DNA from: Glycera tridactyla
Lineage: Eukaryota
DNA: 64,000 nucleotides
Assembly: GCA_965644265.1 (NCBI GenBank)
Contig: OZ286464.1
Span: 94,860,001-94,924,000 of the forward strand
Direction of reading: 5' to 3'
Position numbers and translations under genes: made by a program. Each line of letters begins with the position of its first letter. The stretch's first letter is position 1. Below the pieces are notes generated by a model, which worked only from the letters and a program-made list of their open reading frames with translations, made no database searches and was not told the DNA's origin. Below, in pieces: positions 51,993-63,032 of the stretch.

Positions 51993-54127
51993 TTACTCTA
52001 TCATCCGGTCCTGTTCGAGATGAGTGACCGCTTTCATCTTTAGATTTGATTTTTGTCTGGTGTCTTTCCATTCATTTCCAGGAGCTAGGATTAGATTTAG
52101 ACTATCAATTTGCTCAAAGAGAGTATCACTCGTTTCATCTAACTTTGATGGTGGCGAGATAGATTTAGAGGATTCATCAACATGAGAGTTTTGTTCCATC
52201 CCTTCCTCCCCATTACTTAAACTTGAATTACCCACTTTTGATTGGTCATTTAGTGGTTGTGGATTTCGTCTGTTCTCATTTGGATTTTTCCAATTTCTCC
52301 TATGTCTAAAGTCAGGATCTGTGATATTTTTCGTTTTACTGTTTAAGATTTCAGTCAACTTGTCCAAACTTGGTACCAATATTTTCTGCTCATGAGCACT
52401 TCTTGCTATGTAGACTTGACCTTGAGCCGTCCAGACATTGTGTAGATTGTTGTCGACCTTGGCCTTTCTCGCTTCCTGAAATATGTTGTTTTCAATTTCA
52501 GTCAGTTGCTCACGTATGAAGACGGGTGACTTCTGGAAAGCAGCCTTTCTTTGTAGGATATCCTTCCTCAGGTTGGGGTCAACAAATCGAACTCTGACTG
52601 ATCTTACCTTTCCCTGTCTTGGTGCTCCAAACCGTATCGCCTGTATGATATGTCGCTCAAAAAAGTCAGTATATTGGTTCACTAGCTTTACGATTTGTTC
52701 ATGGATGAATATATCTCTAACATATGGCAATCCATCAAAAATGAGTACAAGCAATCTGTCATTTTTCTTCAGCTGTTCAACATCACATTCCAGTTTCCCC
52801 ACTCTTTTTGTTGCAACAATCCACGTTTTCTGTTTTGTTTTGACTTCCCGTTTTTTTCAAGACTTCAATTCCTTTCCTCAACTTTGTCACTTCATCTCTC
52901 AACTTGTCAATTTCACTCTTAGAGTTGATTCCCAGCTCTTTTAACTCTCGTCTCAGCATGTCGAGTTCTTGAGCTTGGTATCCCAAAATGTCTGACATTT
53001 TCCTAATGGCTTTGTCATTTGTTTCGATTTGGGCTCGATCATTATCAAGGGTTTGGACTGAGTCCTCGATAGTTGTAGATAGTTCGGCTCTCCATTCTCT
53101 CCGATTTCGATCAAATTTTTCTTGAAAGTTGTCAATGATTTTTTTATCAATATACTGTTCACACGTTGGTATTGTCTGCTCCTTGACAACCTCACTACAT
53201 ACCGATTTAATCTCGTTTTTAATTTTGAGTGTTGACTGGATCTCCTGTTTCAAGTCTTTTTGAAACTTCTTTGTTTTCACAAACTCCTGTCCTTCTTTCC
53301 TGATCTCTTTGTTTGTTTCTATATGAACTAGCTGCTTCATCTCTTCTTTAAGTTCTAGTATCAGTTCAGTTTTTATTTCTTTCACAACACTTGTTCTCAT
53401 CTCGCTGTGAATGATCTCACCTGATCAGAACTTCTCGGAGAGACCTACGTAGTGATACTACGTCAAACGGGGTCGGTTGAGTTGTTGCTGTCAGCTCTTC
53501 ATCAGTACCACTGGCAACTGATACATGTTTTTGAATACTCGACCCACTGTGTGATAGCTTGCTATTCGTTAAAGCGTGACCGTTGACCTTGGCAGCAGTT
53601 GTCTGCTCACTGGGGCTGCTTTTCACTAATTCAGTCTGTGTTAATGTGTCATCGGGACCGGGGTTCCCAAGACCGCCCGGAGTAGCATGTTTATCTTTCT
53701 CCCCGCTCATGATGTCCTCCTGCCCGCTACTATCGACTCTCTCTTTACCTACACACAACGATGTGGCCCTGACAACGTTTTCTTCATGATCGCTAAAGGG
53801 ACCTGGTGGTTCGGAATGTTCATCAGAAATTACTTCAACAGATTCTTCCATGCTGCTATTTGATAGGCTTTCATTATCAAGTGCTTGCATGGATTTTGTC
53901 CTCTTAGAGTCAGGGTTTGATTCACCAGGTGATAAGACCGAGCTCGATCTAGCAATCGTCTGTCCACAATGAGGGGTTAACTGTTTAGGGTCGAATGGGG
54001 TCAACTGTGTACCTGTAATTTCGCCCAGCTTTCTGCCCTTCCACTCGATTTTACTGTCCATCTTTGGAGTAGCGTCGTTATCACCTTCGCTGCGCTTTCT
54101 CGCAAAGTACTCCTTGATTCCCTGCAT
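51993..54127 (-). pseudogene. LINE ORF1, terminal copy with intact N-terminus (MQGIKEYFARKRSEG), two frameshifts
   Basis: 236-aa, 205-aa and 269-aa track ORFs in series; coiled coil and RRM/CTD-like motifs. Confidence 0.8.
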
Positions 54128-55599
54128 CAGGCGCTCTTCATAACCACTGTTTACATGTAAAAATGTTCACTTTCTTCTCAACTCGTGTGTGCTGCTGTTA
54201 CTGCGTCTGCGCCATCAATCTTGGTGTCGATGATCACTGTGAAAGCAGGATAAAATTTCAGATTGATTCGGCAGCAACATGCAACACCATCCAACTGGGG
54301 ACACTCAGACAGGTGACCGACCCATACCACCCGGTTGGTGGCATGAAGCCAAGCAACTCGAATATTAAAATGTACAATGGCGACATCACCCAGCCAGTGG
54401 GCACAATAGACCTGAAATGCAGTCGAAATGGGACAACAAACACCCTCCATTTCCAGGTTGTCGGCGGGCGGGAATTCAAGGACAAGCCACCATTGCTTAG
54501 GGGTTCAGACTGTGTGTTGGTTGGGATTTTGAGAGTTGATGCCGATGAAATCAGGTCAATCAGATTGATGGGCCTCTGACAGAGCATGCCGTTAAACAGA
54601 ACTTCAAAGATGTCTTTACTGGGCTGGGTTGCATCAGTGAACCCGTACATCTGCAACTCGATCCCAAAATCCAGCCAGTTCAAGCTGGTGTTTGACAATA
54701 TCCCTTGAACAAAAGTGAACGTATTTCCCAACGAGTCGGTGAGATGATCGATGAGGGCTATTTAGCACTGCTGACTGAACCAACCCCCTGGGGTTCTCCC
54801 ATGACCGCTGTGGAAAGGCCAGACAAACCTAATCAACCCATATTAATCTGTATGGATCCAGTTAGGACATTGAATCTACCCATACAATGACCAGTTTACC
54901 CAATAACGACGTTGGAGGAGAACCTACATAGACTGGTGAATGCTAAATGCTCCACTTTCGCTGACCCTCTTGTTGGTTTCAGTCAAGTTCCCATGGACTA
55001 TGAGTCCAGTTTGCTGACAGCAATGCACACACCTCTAGGACGTGTCAGGTAGTTGAGGTTGCCATTTGGCATCAGCTCAGCCCCAGAGGAATTTCAACGG
55101 AGACAGCATGAAGTTCTTGATGGACTGCAGGGTGTGATCAACGTGGCTGACAACATACTAATATCTGGCAAAGGAGATACCTTTGAGCAGGCGACACTCG
55201 ATCACAATGCAAACCTTCTTGCTTTACTGATGCGATGCCTGGAACGCAACATAAAACTGAATCCAAAGATACTGAGATTCAAGTTGAGGTCGGTTTCACT
55301 CATGGGACACACAATCGCAGATCAGGGCTTGGCTCCTGATGACTCAAAAGTGGAGGCCATCCGTAGTTAGCCCAGCGTCTGATCGGCATGTGCAATTTCC
55401 TGTCGCAATATTTACCCAAGTTGAGTGATGTATGCGCTCCACTCCGTGTGGTCAGCCATCCAAATGCAGAATTTTGCTGGTCCCCAACCCAGCAGCTGGC
55501 TTTCAACAAAATCAAAGAACTTCTCACATCAGCCCCAATGCTCCAGTTCTATGATCCCGCCCTTATAGTGACATGCAGGTAGATGCATCAGAGAAGGGC

Positions 55600-56124
55600 C
55601 ACCCACTTCCTGATCTTTCATGGCAATTTGTGTCTCAGGAAATATTGAACCATGGGCAACATCATTATCTGGTTACAGTAGATCACTATAGTGACTTTTT
55701 TGAGCTAGACAGGCTACAGGACACCCTGGCTGCCACAGTGGTGGATGCCACAAAGGCCATATTTGCCAGACATGGTTCACCCATGCGCTGTTTGACAGAC
55801 AACGTACCACAGTTCATCAGTCAGGAGTACGCCAGCTTCGCAAAGTCATGGAATTTCACACATGTCATGAGCTCACCTTACTTCAGCCAGTCCAATGGTC
55901 GGGTCGAGGCAGCAGTCAAAGCCAAAAAAAACCTGCTGAAGAAATGCAATGACCTGTTACTGGGCCTTCTCCATCTTTGCAATACTCGGACAAAAGGCCA
56001 CAAATCATCACCAGCTCAAAGATTAATGGGTCGCAGAAGCTGGACAACACTTCCTACAGTGGCCTCTTTGTTGGTTCCGTTGGTTTCTACAGTCTACCCT
56101 TACATCCGAGCTGGAACAGCTTAG
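55600..56124 (+). pseudogene. Gypsy integrase catalytic core (DDE)
   Basis: YLVTVDHYSDFFE, FARHGSP, LTDNVPQF, SNGRVEAAVK, SPAQRLMGRR. Confidence 0.9.
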
Positions 56125-56930
56125 GGCAAACTCCAAACAATATTATGATAGGACGGCTGGAGCTGAACTACCCAAACTCGCAGTTGGTGACCATGTTTAT
56201 ATCAAACCACGACCAAACCAGAGAGCAGAGGGTTGGAGGTATGGCCAGGTAACTGATGTCCCTGGCCCAAGGTCATATACAGTACAAACTTCTGCAGGCC
56301 TTAGCAGACGAAACAGCAGGCAAGTCAGGGTGGCAGCCCCACCCAACATCCAGCAGCAGCTAGGCCATCAGGTGCCACTGAATGACCTACATGGTGAACA
56401 TGAAGTGCCAGTTTCTTCCTACATAATGCCACAAGAAATACGGGATAGCGCTCGCAGATGCCCATTATCGGGCTCAGATGAAACCACCATACCAGTTTCT
56501 TCAAGCGTGCAAGATATGAAACAACCACAGAATTTGGGACAATCACCTTTTCCCAGACTTACTCTGGCACAGCAGACAACGTTGGCCCGAGTGACACTCC
56601 CCCTGCTGGATGCATCACCAGGTCTGGGAGGCTGAGCAAGCCTCCACAGTCGATGGATGTGTAATTTGACATCACACAACCTGTAAATAGTGTAAATAGC
56701 CGTAGACCAGTTGTTTCGTATTATTGTTCACTATCGCTCATTTGGTGGCATTGGTGAGTATGAAAAGACTTATGGACATCGCCACAGGACTTGTTATACA
56801 TTCTGGTTCCAAATGTGACTTTCAAATATGGCAACCATTTGGATTGTACGCAGTGTGATTCCCCTATCATCAGTCTAACATCAACTATGCAGTGTGCTGG
56901 ATGACTGAAAGAAAATTCGTTGAGGGGAGA

Positions 56931-57135
56931 TGTGGCAGTGACACCTAGTGTGTATAGTGAGCACTAACACATTGCCATCTGGTGGACCCCAGAAACAACA
57001 GCCAGCCCATGCCTAGTTGCCTGCAGGCCCCATCATGGCTACCAGCATCCACAAGCTATTCCACTGATCCCTGAAGGTTAGCACACCTACAATGTTATAA
57101 TAAATTCATCATGTTCTCATCAACAGAAATTTACA
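56931..57135 (+). repeat. Putative 3' LTR (about 205 bp), preceded by a polypurine tract
   Basis: PPT GAGGGGAGA at 56922-56930 directly before TGT; AATAAA at 57099-57104; ends ...TTACA. The right boundary is uncertain and no second LTR is in the window. Confidence 0.7.
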
Positions 57136-57606
57136 ATCTCCCATTGAGAGATTGAGTTTGATCTTGGCAATCTCCCCAGGATTCAGGACAGGGTCTGGCC
57201 GGTCTGGAAAAAATTGACCCCTCCCACCCCTGCTTTTCCATTTTTCTGACCCTCCCTTAGCCCCACTTTTCAATCCTTCACCCCCGCTCTCAGAAAGCTT
57301 TCAAACTCTCTGACACCCCGCTTTTGTTATTTGTACCGGGTACGAGTCGAAAAGCATTTGCAAATGCCACGGTGATTGGTCAATTCCTCTTGATAAGGAA
57401 GGGGCTGGTGGATTTCAATCAATCAGATCTTGTATTTTCGGGATTGACCGTGAGATGAGTGGCATGCATGCACATGTTAGTGTCCAAAAATGAGGCCGAA
57501 AGATGACAAATATGATGAATTTCATGATGTCTTTTTCAAAAAGGGACATTTTTCTGTTGTCATTTCCGGTGGTAACCAGCATTTTGGTACCATTCCATTA
57601 TGTGAA

Positions 57607-57945
57607 TCCATGATCAATTTAAAAATTTCATGCCGGAATTGAATGAGTTTTCAAGATGGTGGCCTCCTCACCAAACATGTGCTTCTCAGAAAACCGTCGA
57701 GAAAAGTCGATATCCAGTGTATTTTTTGATGAATGACATTTCACTGTTGAAAAAATCGCCATTTCCGGGGATAATAAGCAATTTGAGAGCATTCCGTCAC
57801 CAGAGTCCATGATCAAATGAAACAAATTGCGCCAGAATTGAACGAATGTCCAAGATGGCGGCATCTTCGCCGAACAAGTGCCTCTTGAATCACCATAGAG
57901 AAAAAGTCAATACTCATTGTATTTTTCAATGATTGATACTTTGCT
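57607..57945. repeat. Two diverged direct copies with a 199-bp period
   Basis: tccatgatcaa...gaattgaa.ga.....caagatgg.gg...gagaaaa.gtc.ata at 57607 and 57806. Confidence 0.65.
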
Positions 57946-59257
57946 GTCATTTAATTGACATTTACGAGGAGAACAGCCATTCTGTGGGCATTTCATCGCA
58001 TTATTTGCGTATCAACCAAAAGAAATGGCTTTTTTTTTTGTTGAGCTTGTGACAATTGGTAAACAAGATGGCAGCATCCATATTGTACATGAGCCAATTT
58101 TCAACACAAATGCCATCGTTGCTGCCCTGCTTTCCTATTTTCTGACCAATTTTCACCCCCGCTTTTCAATTCTTCCCTAATATCACCCCCCCCCCCCACC
58201 TGCTTTTCATTTATCTGTGACCTCCCACCCCAGCTTTTTTTTTCAAGCATACAGACTGCCCCCCCCCCCCACACACACCTTAATAAATGGAATAGCCTTG
58301 AGGTGGTTGATGGACTGCTTAGATAATTTGACTCTAAATACAATGCTTGAGTATAAACCTGTGCTAGGCGAAATCCTGTCTTAAGCACATACCCCACGCT
58401 CTGCCCGGATGTTTTTCTCTCACTTTAATTGTCCTGCGCTAAGCAAATTCCTGTCTTAAGTGGAAGAAAAATTTGGTCCTGTGACTTTTCACTTAAGACA
58501 GGTTTTACTGTAGCCAGATTTCAGCTCTGACTGCTGGCACTTAAGAACTCACTTAAGTGCAAGTAGTGATAAGCTTGCGCTCAAGTGAGTTCCAAATTGC
58601 TAGTCCATTAAAAATATCTTGGCAATTACAGCTTCTGAATATGAGGTGCTCTTCTCAAAAGGCCTAGTGCAGGGATAGCCCGACTCAGAATTTTTTCCAA
58701 ACGAAATGTCTGTTTCGAAATACAATGAAACATGGCTGATGAGTATGCACAAATGCTGATAAATACAAAAATACATCATATAGAAAGTGTGGCAGAGAGC
58801 TCAAATGACGGCTATTTGATGTCCTTTTTACTGGACCCGTCTATAATTGATAATAGTTGACCATAATGCAAGGCTACCAAAATCTGGTTGGTTTGCTTAT
58901 GTCACTGCCACTGGGGAGGACCACACCAGATTCTTGAAGAAGGGTAGCCTTTTGTCATTCATTTTGCTAGGTGTGTTTCTAGAAATGTTTAGTATTGGGT
59001 CCCAGCCCTATCACCTTCAGAGACAGGTTCAATAAAAAATAAATGGCTTATAGAGTACCACATTTTGAAAATATTTCTATAACATGCCTCTATGCTCCAT
59101 ACAGAATTCCTATAAAATTCCTATATTTTTGGAAAAATTGTCCCATAAAAATCCCTATATTTTCATCGATGGCTGTTGTGAGGACTGATACCTTCAAAAT
59201 TCTCTGATCAACTATCTTTAGGTATTTTCTACCAAAATTGAACTATCACCAGATTTC

Positions 59258-59853
59258 TTTCTCTTAACCTCTTTCTTATCCCTCTAAGCTCTTTCTTATC
59301 TCTTCAGTGAAATGGTCTCAGGTGTAGGTGGCTGACGGTTTGCCTGTAGCTTATATTGTCACAATGCAAAACGCGGGTACCAGCCACACCAGTTCTGGGT
59401 TACTAGGGCTGCGACTAGGTTTACTAGGTCATGTGATGGCATTGTACTGCAAGCATAGGGCAAGCCATGATTGTAAAACTGGTTTGAAGTTGACAGTTCG
59501 TAATTGAAGACATTGTTTGAGTATTTTCCGAACCTGATGCTTTTCCTTGTTTCAAGTACTGCGCTTTGCAAAAAAAAAGCATAGCTATCAGGCTTGAGTA
59601 ATAGCTCCCAGTCAGTTACATAGTTAGATATGCCATCGTCAGGTTCAATCTGTCTTTTTTGTAGAGTAGGTAGAGGTGTGTCTGAACTGTCAGCTACTTC
59701 CATTTGACAACCTTTCATGTTCCCCATCATCTTGTGTCCAGGGTTCATGAGAGTGATGTCTCCAGGGGAGAGAACATCTAGCTTTCATTAACCAGGAACA
59801 CACGGCATACATAATCCTGTGGGTTGATACATGCTGCTAAACCTCAAACAAAA
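59258..59853. repeat. Diverged direct repeat, copy 1 (about 590 bp)
   Basis: Collinear with 60390-60967, sharing e.g. cagtgaaatggtctc, accagttctgggttactagg and ggggagagaacatctagctttcattaaccaggaacacac. Confidence 0.85.
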
Positions 59854-59982
59854 CCACCCACCCACCCAACCAATAGCCAACAACCAACCTGCCAACCCTT
59901 GATGGGTGGGTGGTTGGTTGGGTGATCGGTTTGGTGGGTAGTTGGTTGGATGGTTGGTTTGGTGGTTGATTGGGTGGGTGGT
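59854..59982. repeat. Degenerate (CCAA/CCAC)n followed by (TGGT/TGGG)n, a fold-back microsatellite
   Basis: ccacccacccacccaaccaa ... ttggttgg ... tgggtgggtgg. Confidence 0.75.
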
Positions 59983-60389
59983 CACAAGATAGCCATAAAA
60001 CGTCGCAAAACATAAAACGTCGTCAAACGTAACGAAAACGTCATCAAACGCCCAGTTCCTTCATCAAACGTTGCGAGAACGCTGTGGAAACGTTGCTAGC
60101 TGTAGTCTAACGTGCTCATCTGTCGCGGAAACGCTATGAAAAAGTCATAGTCTGCCAAGCTCCGTTGCAAGAACGCAGTGAAACGTCCTGAGAAAGCAGC
60201 GACCCCGACGCGCCACCGCCGAGAAACGTCGTAAATCTGGATTCCCACTGTCACGGTCGCAGCGACGGATTGCGACGTTTGCCTGGCGGTCTTGCGGCGG
60301 TGGAAAGTACGGCGTTTCTCGACGGGAGGGGGATCGTTGGTGGAGCGCCGGTGTTGCTGCTTTTGAGGGCGTTTCTGCATGACAACGTC

Positions 60390-60967
60390 TTTCTCTTCAC
60401 CTCTTTTCTATCACTCTAAGCTCCTTCTTATTTCGTCAGTGAAATGGTCTCCGGTGTAGGTAGGTAACAGTTTGCCTGTTGCAGATATTGTCACTATGCA
60501 AAAAAGCGGGTACCAAGCACACCAGTTCTGGGTTACTAGGATATGTGATGGCATCGTACTGTGAGTATGGGGCAAGAAATTATTGTTAAGCTGGTTTGAA
60601 GTTGACAGTTCGTAATTGAACACTTCGGTTAAGTATTCTCCCAAACTAATGCTTTTCTATGTGCCAAGTGCTGCGCTTTGCTGGAAAAAAAATGCATTGC
60701 TATCAGGCTTAGGTGTTAGCTTCCAGCCAGCTAAATAGTTAGATATGCCATCATAGGTTTATTATGTATATGTTCAGATTACGTAGAGGTGTGTTTGAAC
60801 TGTCAGCTACTTCCACTCGACAACCTTTCAGGTTCCCCATCATCTTGTGTTCAGGGTTTGTGAGAGTGATGTCTGCAGGGGAGAGAACATCTAGCTTTCA
60901 TTAACCAGGAACACACAACATAAATAATCCTGTGGGTTGATACATGCGGTTAAATCTCAAACAAACA
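60390..60967. repeat. Diverged direct repeat, copy 2
   Basis: See 59258-59853. Confidence 0.85.
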
Positions 60968-61044
60968 AAAAACTCTCTCCCTCCCTCCCTCCCCCCCCCC
61001 CCTCTCTACTTCATGCATCTATCTCTTTTAAATCACCACCTCTC

Positions 61045-62492
61045 CACTGTAAATCGACGACCATTCTTCTTTTGGAAGAAATTTCTTGTTTAGACAAGAT
61101 CAATGCAGACATCGAATCATACAGGGCTAGTGGAGAGCTCTTTCTGGACCTCAAAAAAGCATTTGATACGGTCAATCATGTTATTCTTGTATCAAAACTT
61201 CAAAGTAGTGACTGGATTGAGTCATATTAACATGGTCGCAGTCAGTTTACAGTTGTCAATGGTACAGCCTTGGCCCCACCACCAATCACCTGCAGTGTCC
61301 CGCAGGGATCGATATTGGGGCCACTTCTGTTTACCTTAACGACTTGCCTGGATGTGTACTGCTTACCTCAGTCAGTATGTATGCAGATGATACTGCTATC
61401 TTGGTATCAGCATCATCTGCAAATGAAATAGAGAACAAGTTACAGTCTAGTCTTATGTAGGTTTCTCATTGGTTAGTGAACAACAAATGTAATGATTTTT
61501 GGCCATCGAAACATTATTTCTAGATGCTAGACTATTTTAGTCAAACATGGGGACACATATTGAACACGTAGAAACAACCAAGTATCTTGGGGTCATGCTG
61601 TGCAACACGTTATCCTCATGCTGAGTACGTAAGGAAGAAAACTGTCAGTAAGGTCAAAACTCTGAGTAGACTTCGACCAGTACTCAGCCAAGAAATAACA
61701 AAAATGTTATACCTATCCTTAGTGGTCCCCGTATTTGACTACTGTGATATTTTATATGACTGTCACTCAACGAGAATCACGATTATCACAGCGAATACAA
61801 AACTATGGCTGCCGTGTCATTCTACGCTGTGATTCGAGGCAAGGTACACTTGACAAGCACAAGCAATTATCCATTGATAAGCTCGATTTTAGACGAAGCA
61901 AACACGCAGCTGTACAGGCGTACAAAATTCGGCCAAATCAATGTCCAGTCTATTTGAGACAATATCTTACGCCTGTTAGTGCGACTCATAATAGAAATAC
62001 TAGAAGTAGTAGCCAGGGATTTGTCACTATCCCCAAGACTGGCACAAATAAGGGACAGTGCAACTTTTCCTACCGTGCGTCGAAAGTCTGGGATAAGCTC
62101 CCACTCGATGTTAAGACTTCTGCAAGCCTTAGTATTTTCAAAAGCAATCTGTTAAATTTATCTACTTCGGTTCTTGATTAGCTTCATCTTGCCTCGACAC
62201 GTAGACTGACTATAGTATATTATGCCCTTCTGTTTGTCCAACACACCACACTGACCCCGTGACTGTTTTTCCTGCCCTCGCCCCATTCCAACTTTGCTTT
62301 GATTCCTCTCCTCCACATCCTGAACCTCAAAAATCCTTCGGTTCCTCCTCCCCCGACTTACATATATATATGTACTTAAGTTTGTTTTCTGTGTTCTTTC
62401 GTCTGCACCGGAAATGCTCTGTTACCAGAGCAACTCTGTGTAATGTTCATATGACGAATAAAAATGAAGATACCATACCATGCCATACCATA
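61045..62492 (+). mobile_element. 5'-truncated, degenerate CR1/L2-group LINE: RT, C-terminal region, 3' UTR and (TACCA)n tail
   Basis: FLDLKKAFDTVNH, VPQGSILGPLLF (61297-61332), YADD (61380-61391), KYLGV, RIQN..CR.I, F.YRA.K.W..LP; AATAAA at 62457 followed by taccataccatgccataccata. Confidence 0.88.
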
Positions 62493-63032
62493 GAAATAAT
62501 CCCAGTATTGATTATTGCGATAGAAGCTTATAAAGCATAATGCTGTTAAGAGACAACCGATCATATGTCTTAATTAGGGAGAAAGGTTATTTTGTATCTT
62601 ATTTACATAAGATTTGGGATAGTTTGGCAGGGATAAACTACAAATAGGCCTGATGGCCGAGTAGCTGGCAGGGCAGGCTCCAATTTCAGATCATTGGGCT
62701 TTGTATTTATAGCTAATACTTATAGATGGCGCCATGGTAACTACGTCATAGTTTCCATTCCTGGCAAGAAGATAACGTAGATATTAGCATTATCACTAAC
62801 ACAGGTCATAGAATATTACTTCTGATGAAGAAAAAAAAATCGATTTTGGAGCGTAAATGTGATTCCAGCCAATGCCATTGGCAATGGAGTCGAACACAGG
62901 CAAAGGCATACCGAGATGAATAGGTCTATCACCAGAGACGTCCAGTCATTTTTACTGGAGTCATGCCACATAATTTAATAATGGTCTTAAGACTCCAGTC
63001 AGGCCGCGCAGGGTAGTGATGGACTCGGAACT

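Larger units (their letters stand above)
44869..54216 (-). mobile_element. CR1/L2-group LINE 5' part, terminal unit 6 (most diverged), APE interrupted by a 2.2-kb insertion
   Basis: APE 44869-45884 plus 48083-48282, SGNH 50512-51468, ORF1 51993-54127. Confidence 0.8.
1..55600. repeat. Tandem array (macrosatellite) of an ~8.8-kb unit built from nested Gypsy and LINE fragments; one partial unit, five complete units and one diverged terminal unit; continues beyond the left edge
   Basis: The junction catcgatgagggagctgtct recurs at 1021, 9826, 18629, 27435, 36243 and 44869 (spacings 8805, 8803, 8806, 8808, 8626). The ORF track repeats with the same period. Confidence 0.97.
54217..57135 (+). mobile_element. 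Ty3/Gypsy LTR retrotransposon, 3' part: protease, RT, start of RNase H, integrase core, PPT, 3' LTR (Mag/K02A2.6-like by motif impression)
   Basis: FQIDSAATCN, RLPFGISSAPEEFQR, VADNIL, DASEKG fused to PLPDLSWQ; integrase VDHYSDF...TDNVPQF...SPYFSQSNGRVEAAVK. Confidence 0.92.

Noticed and set aside
57190-58298. Non-autonomous DNA transposon ending in ...aaatggaatagcct
   Set aside because: No matching inverted terminus or TSD found on the left side, so boundaries cannot be supported.
58370-58580. MITE suggested by cctgtcttaag / cttaagacagg inverted repeats
   Set aside because: Only short internal inverted repeats; no clear termini or TSD.
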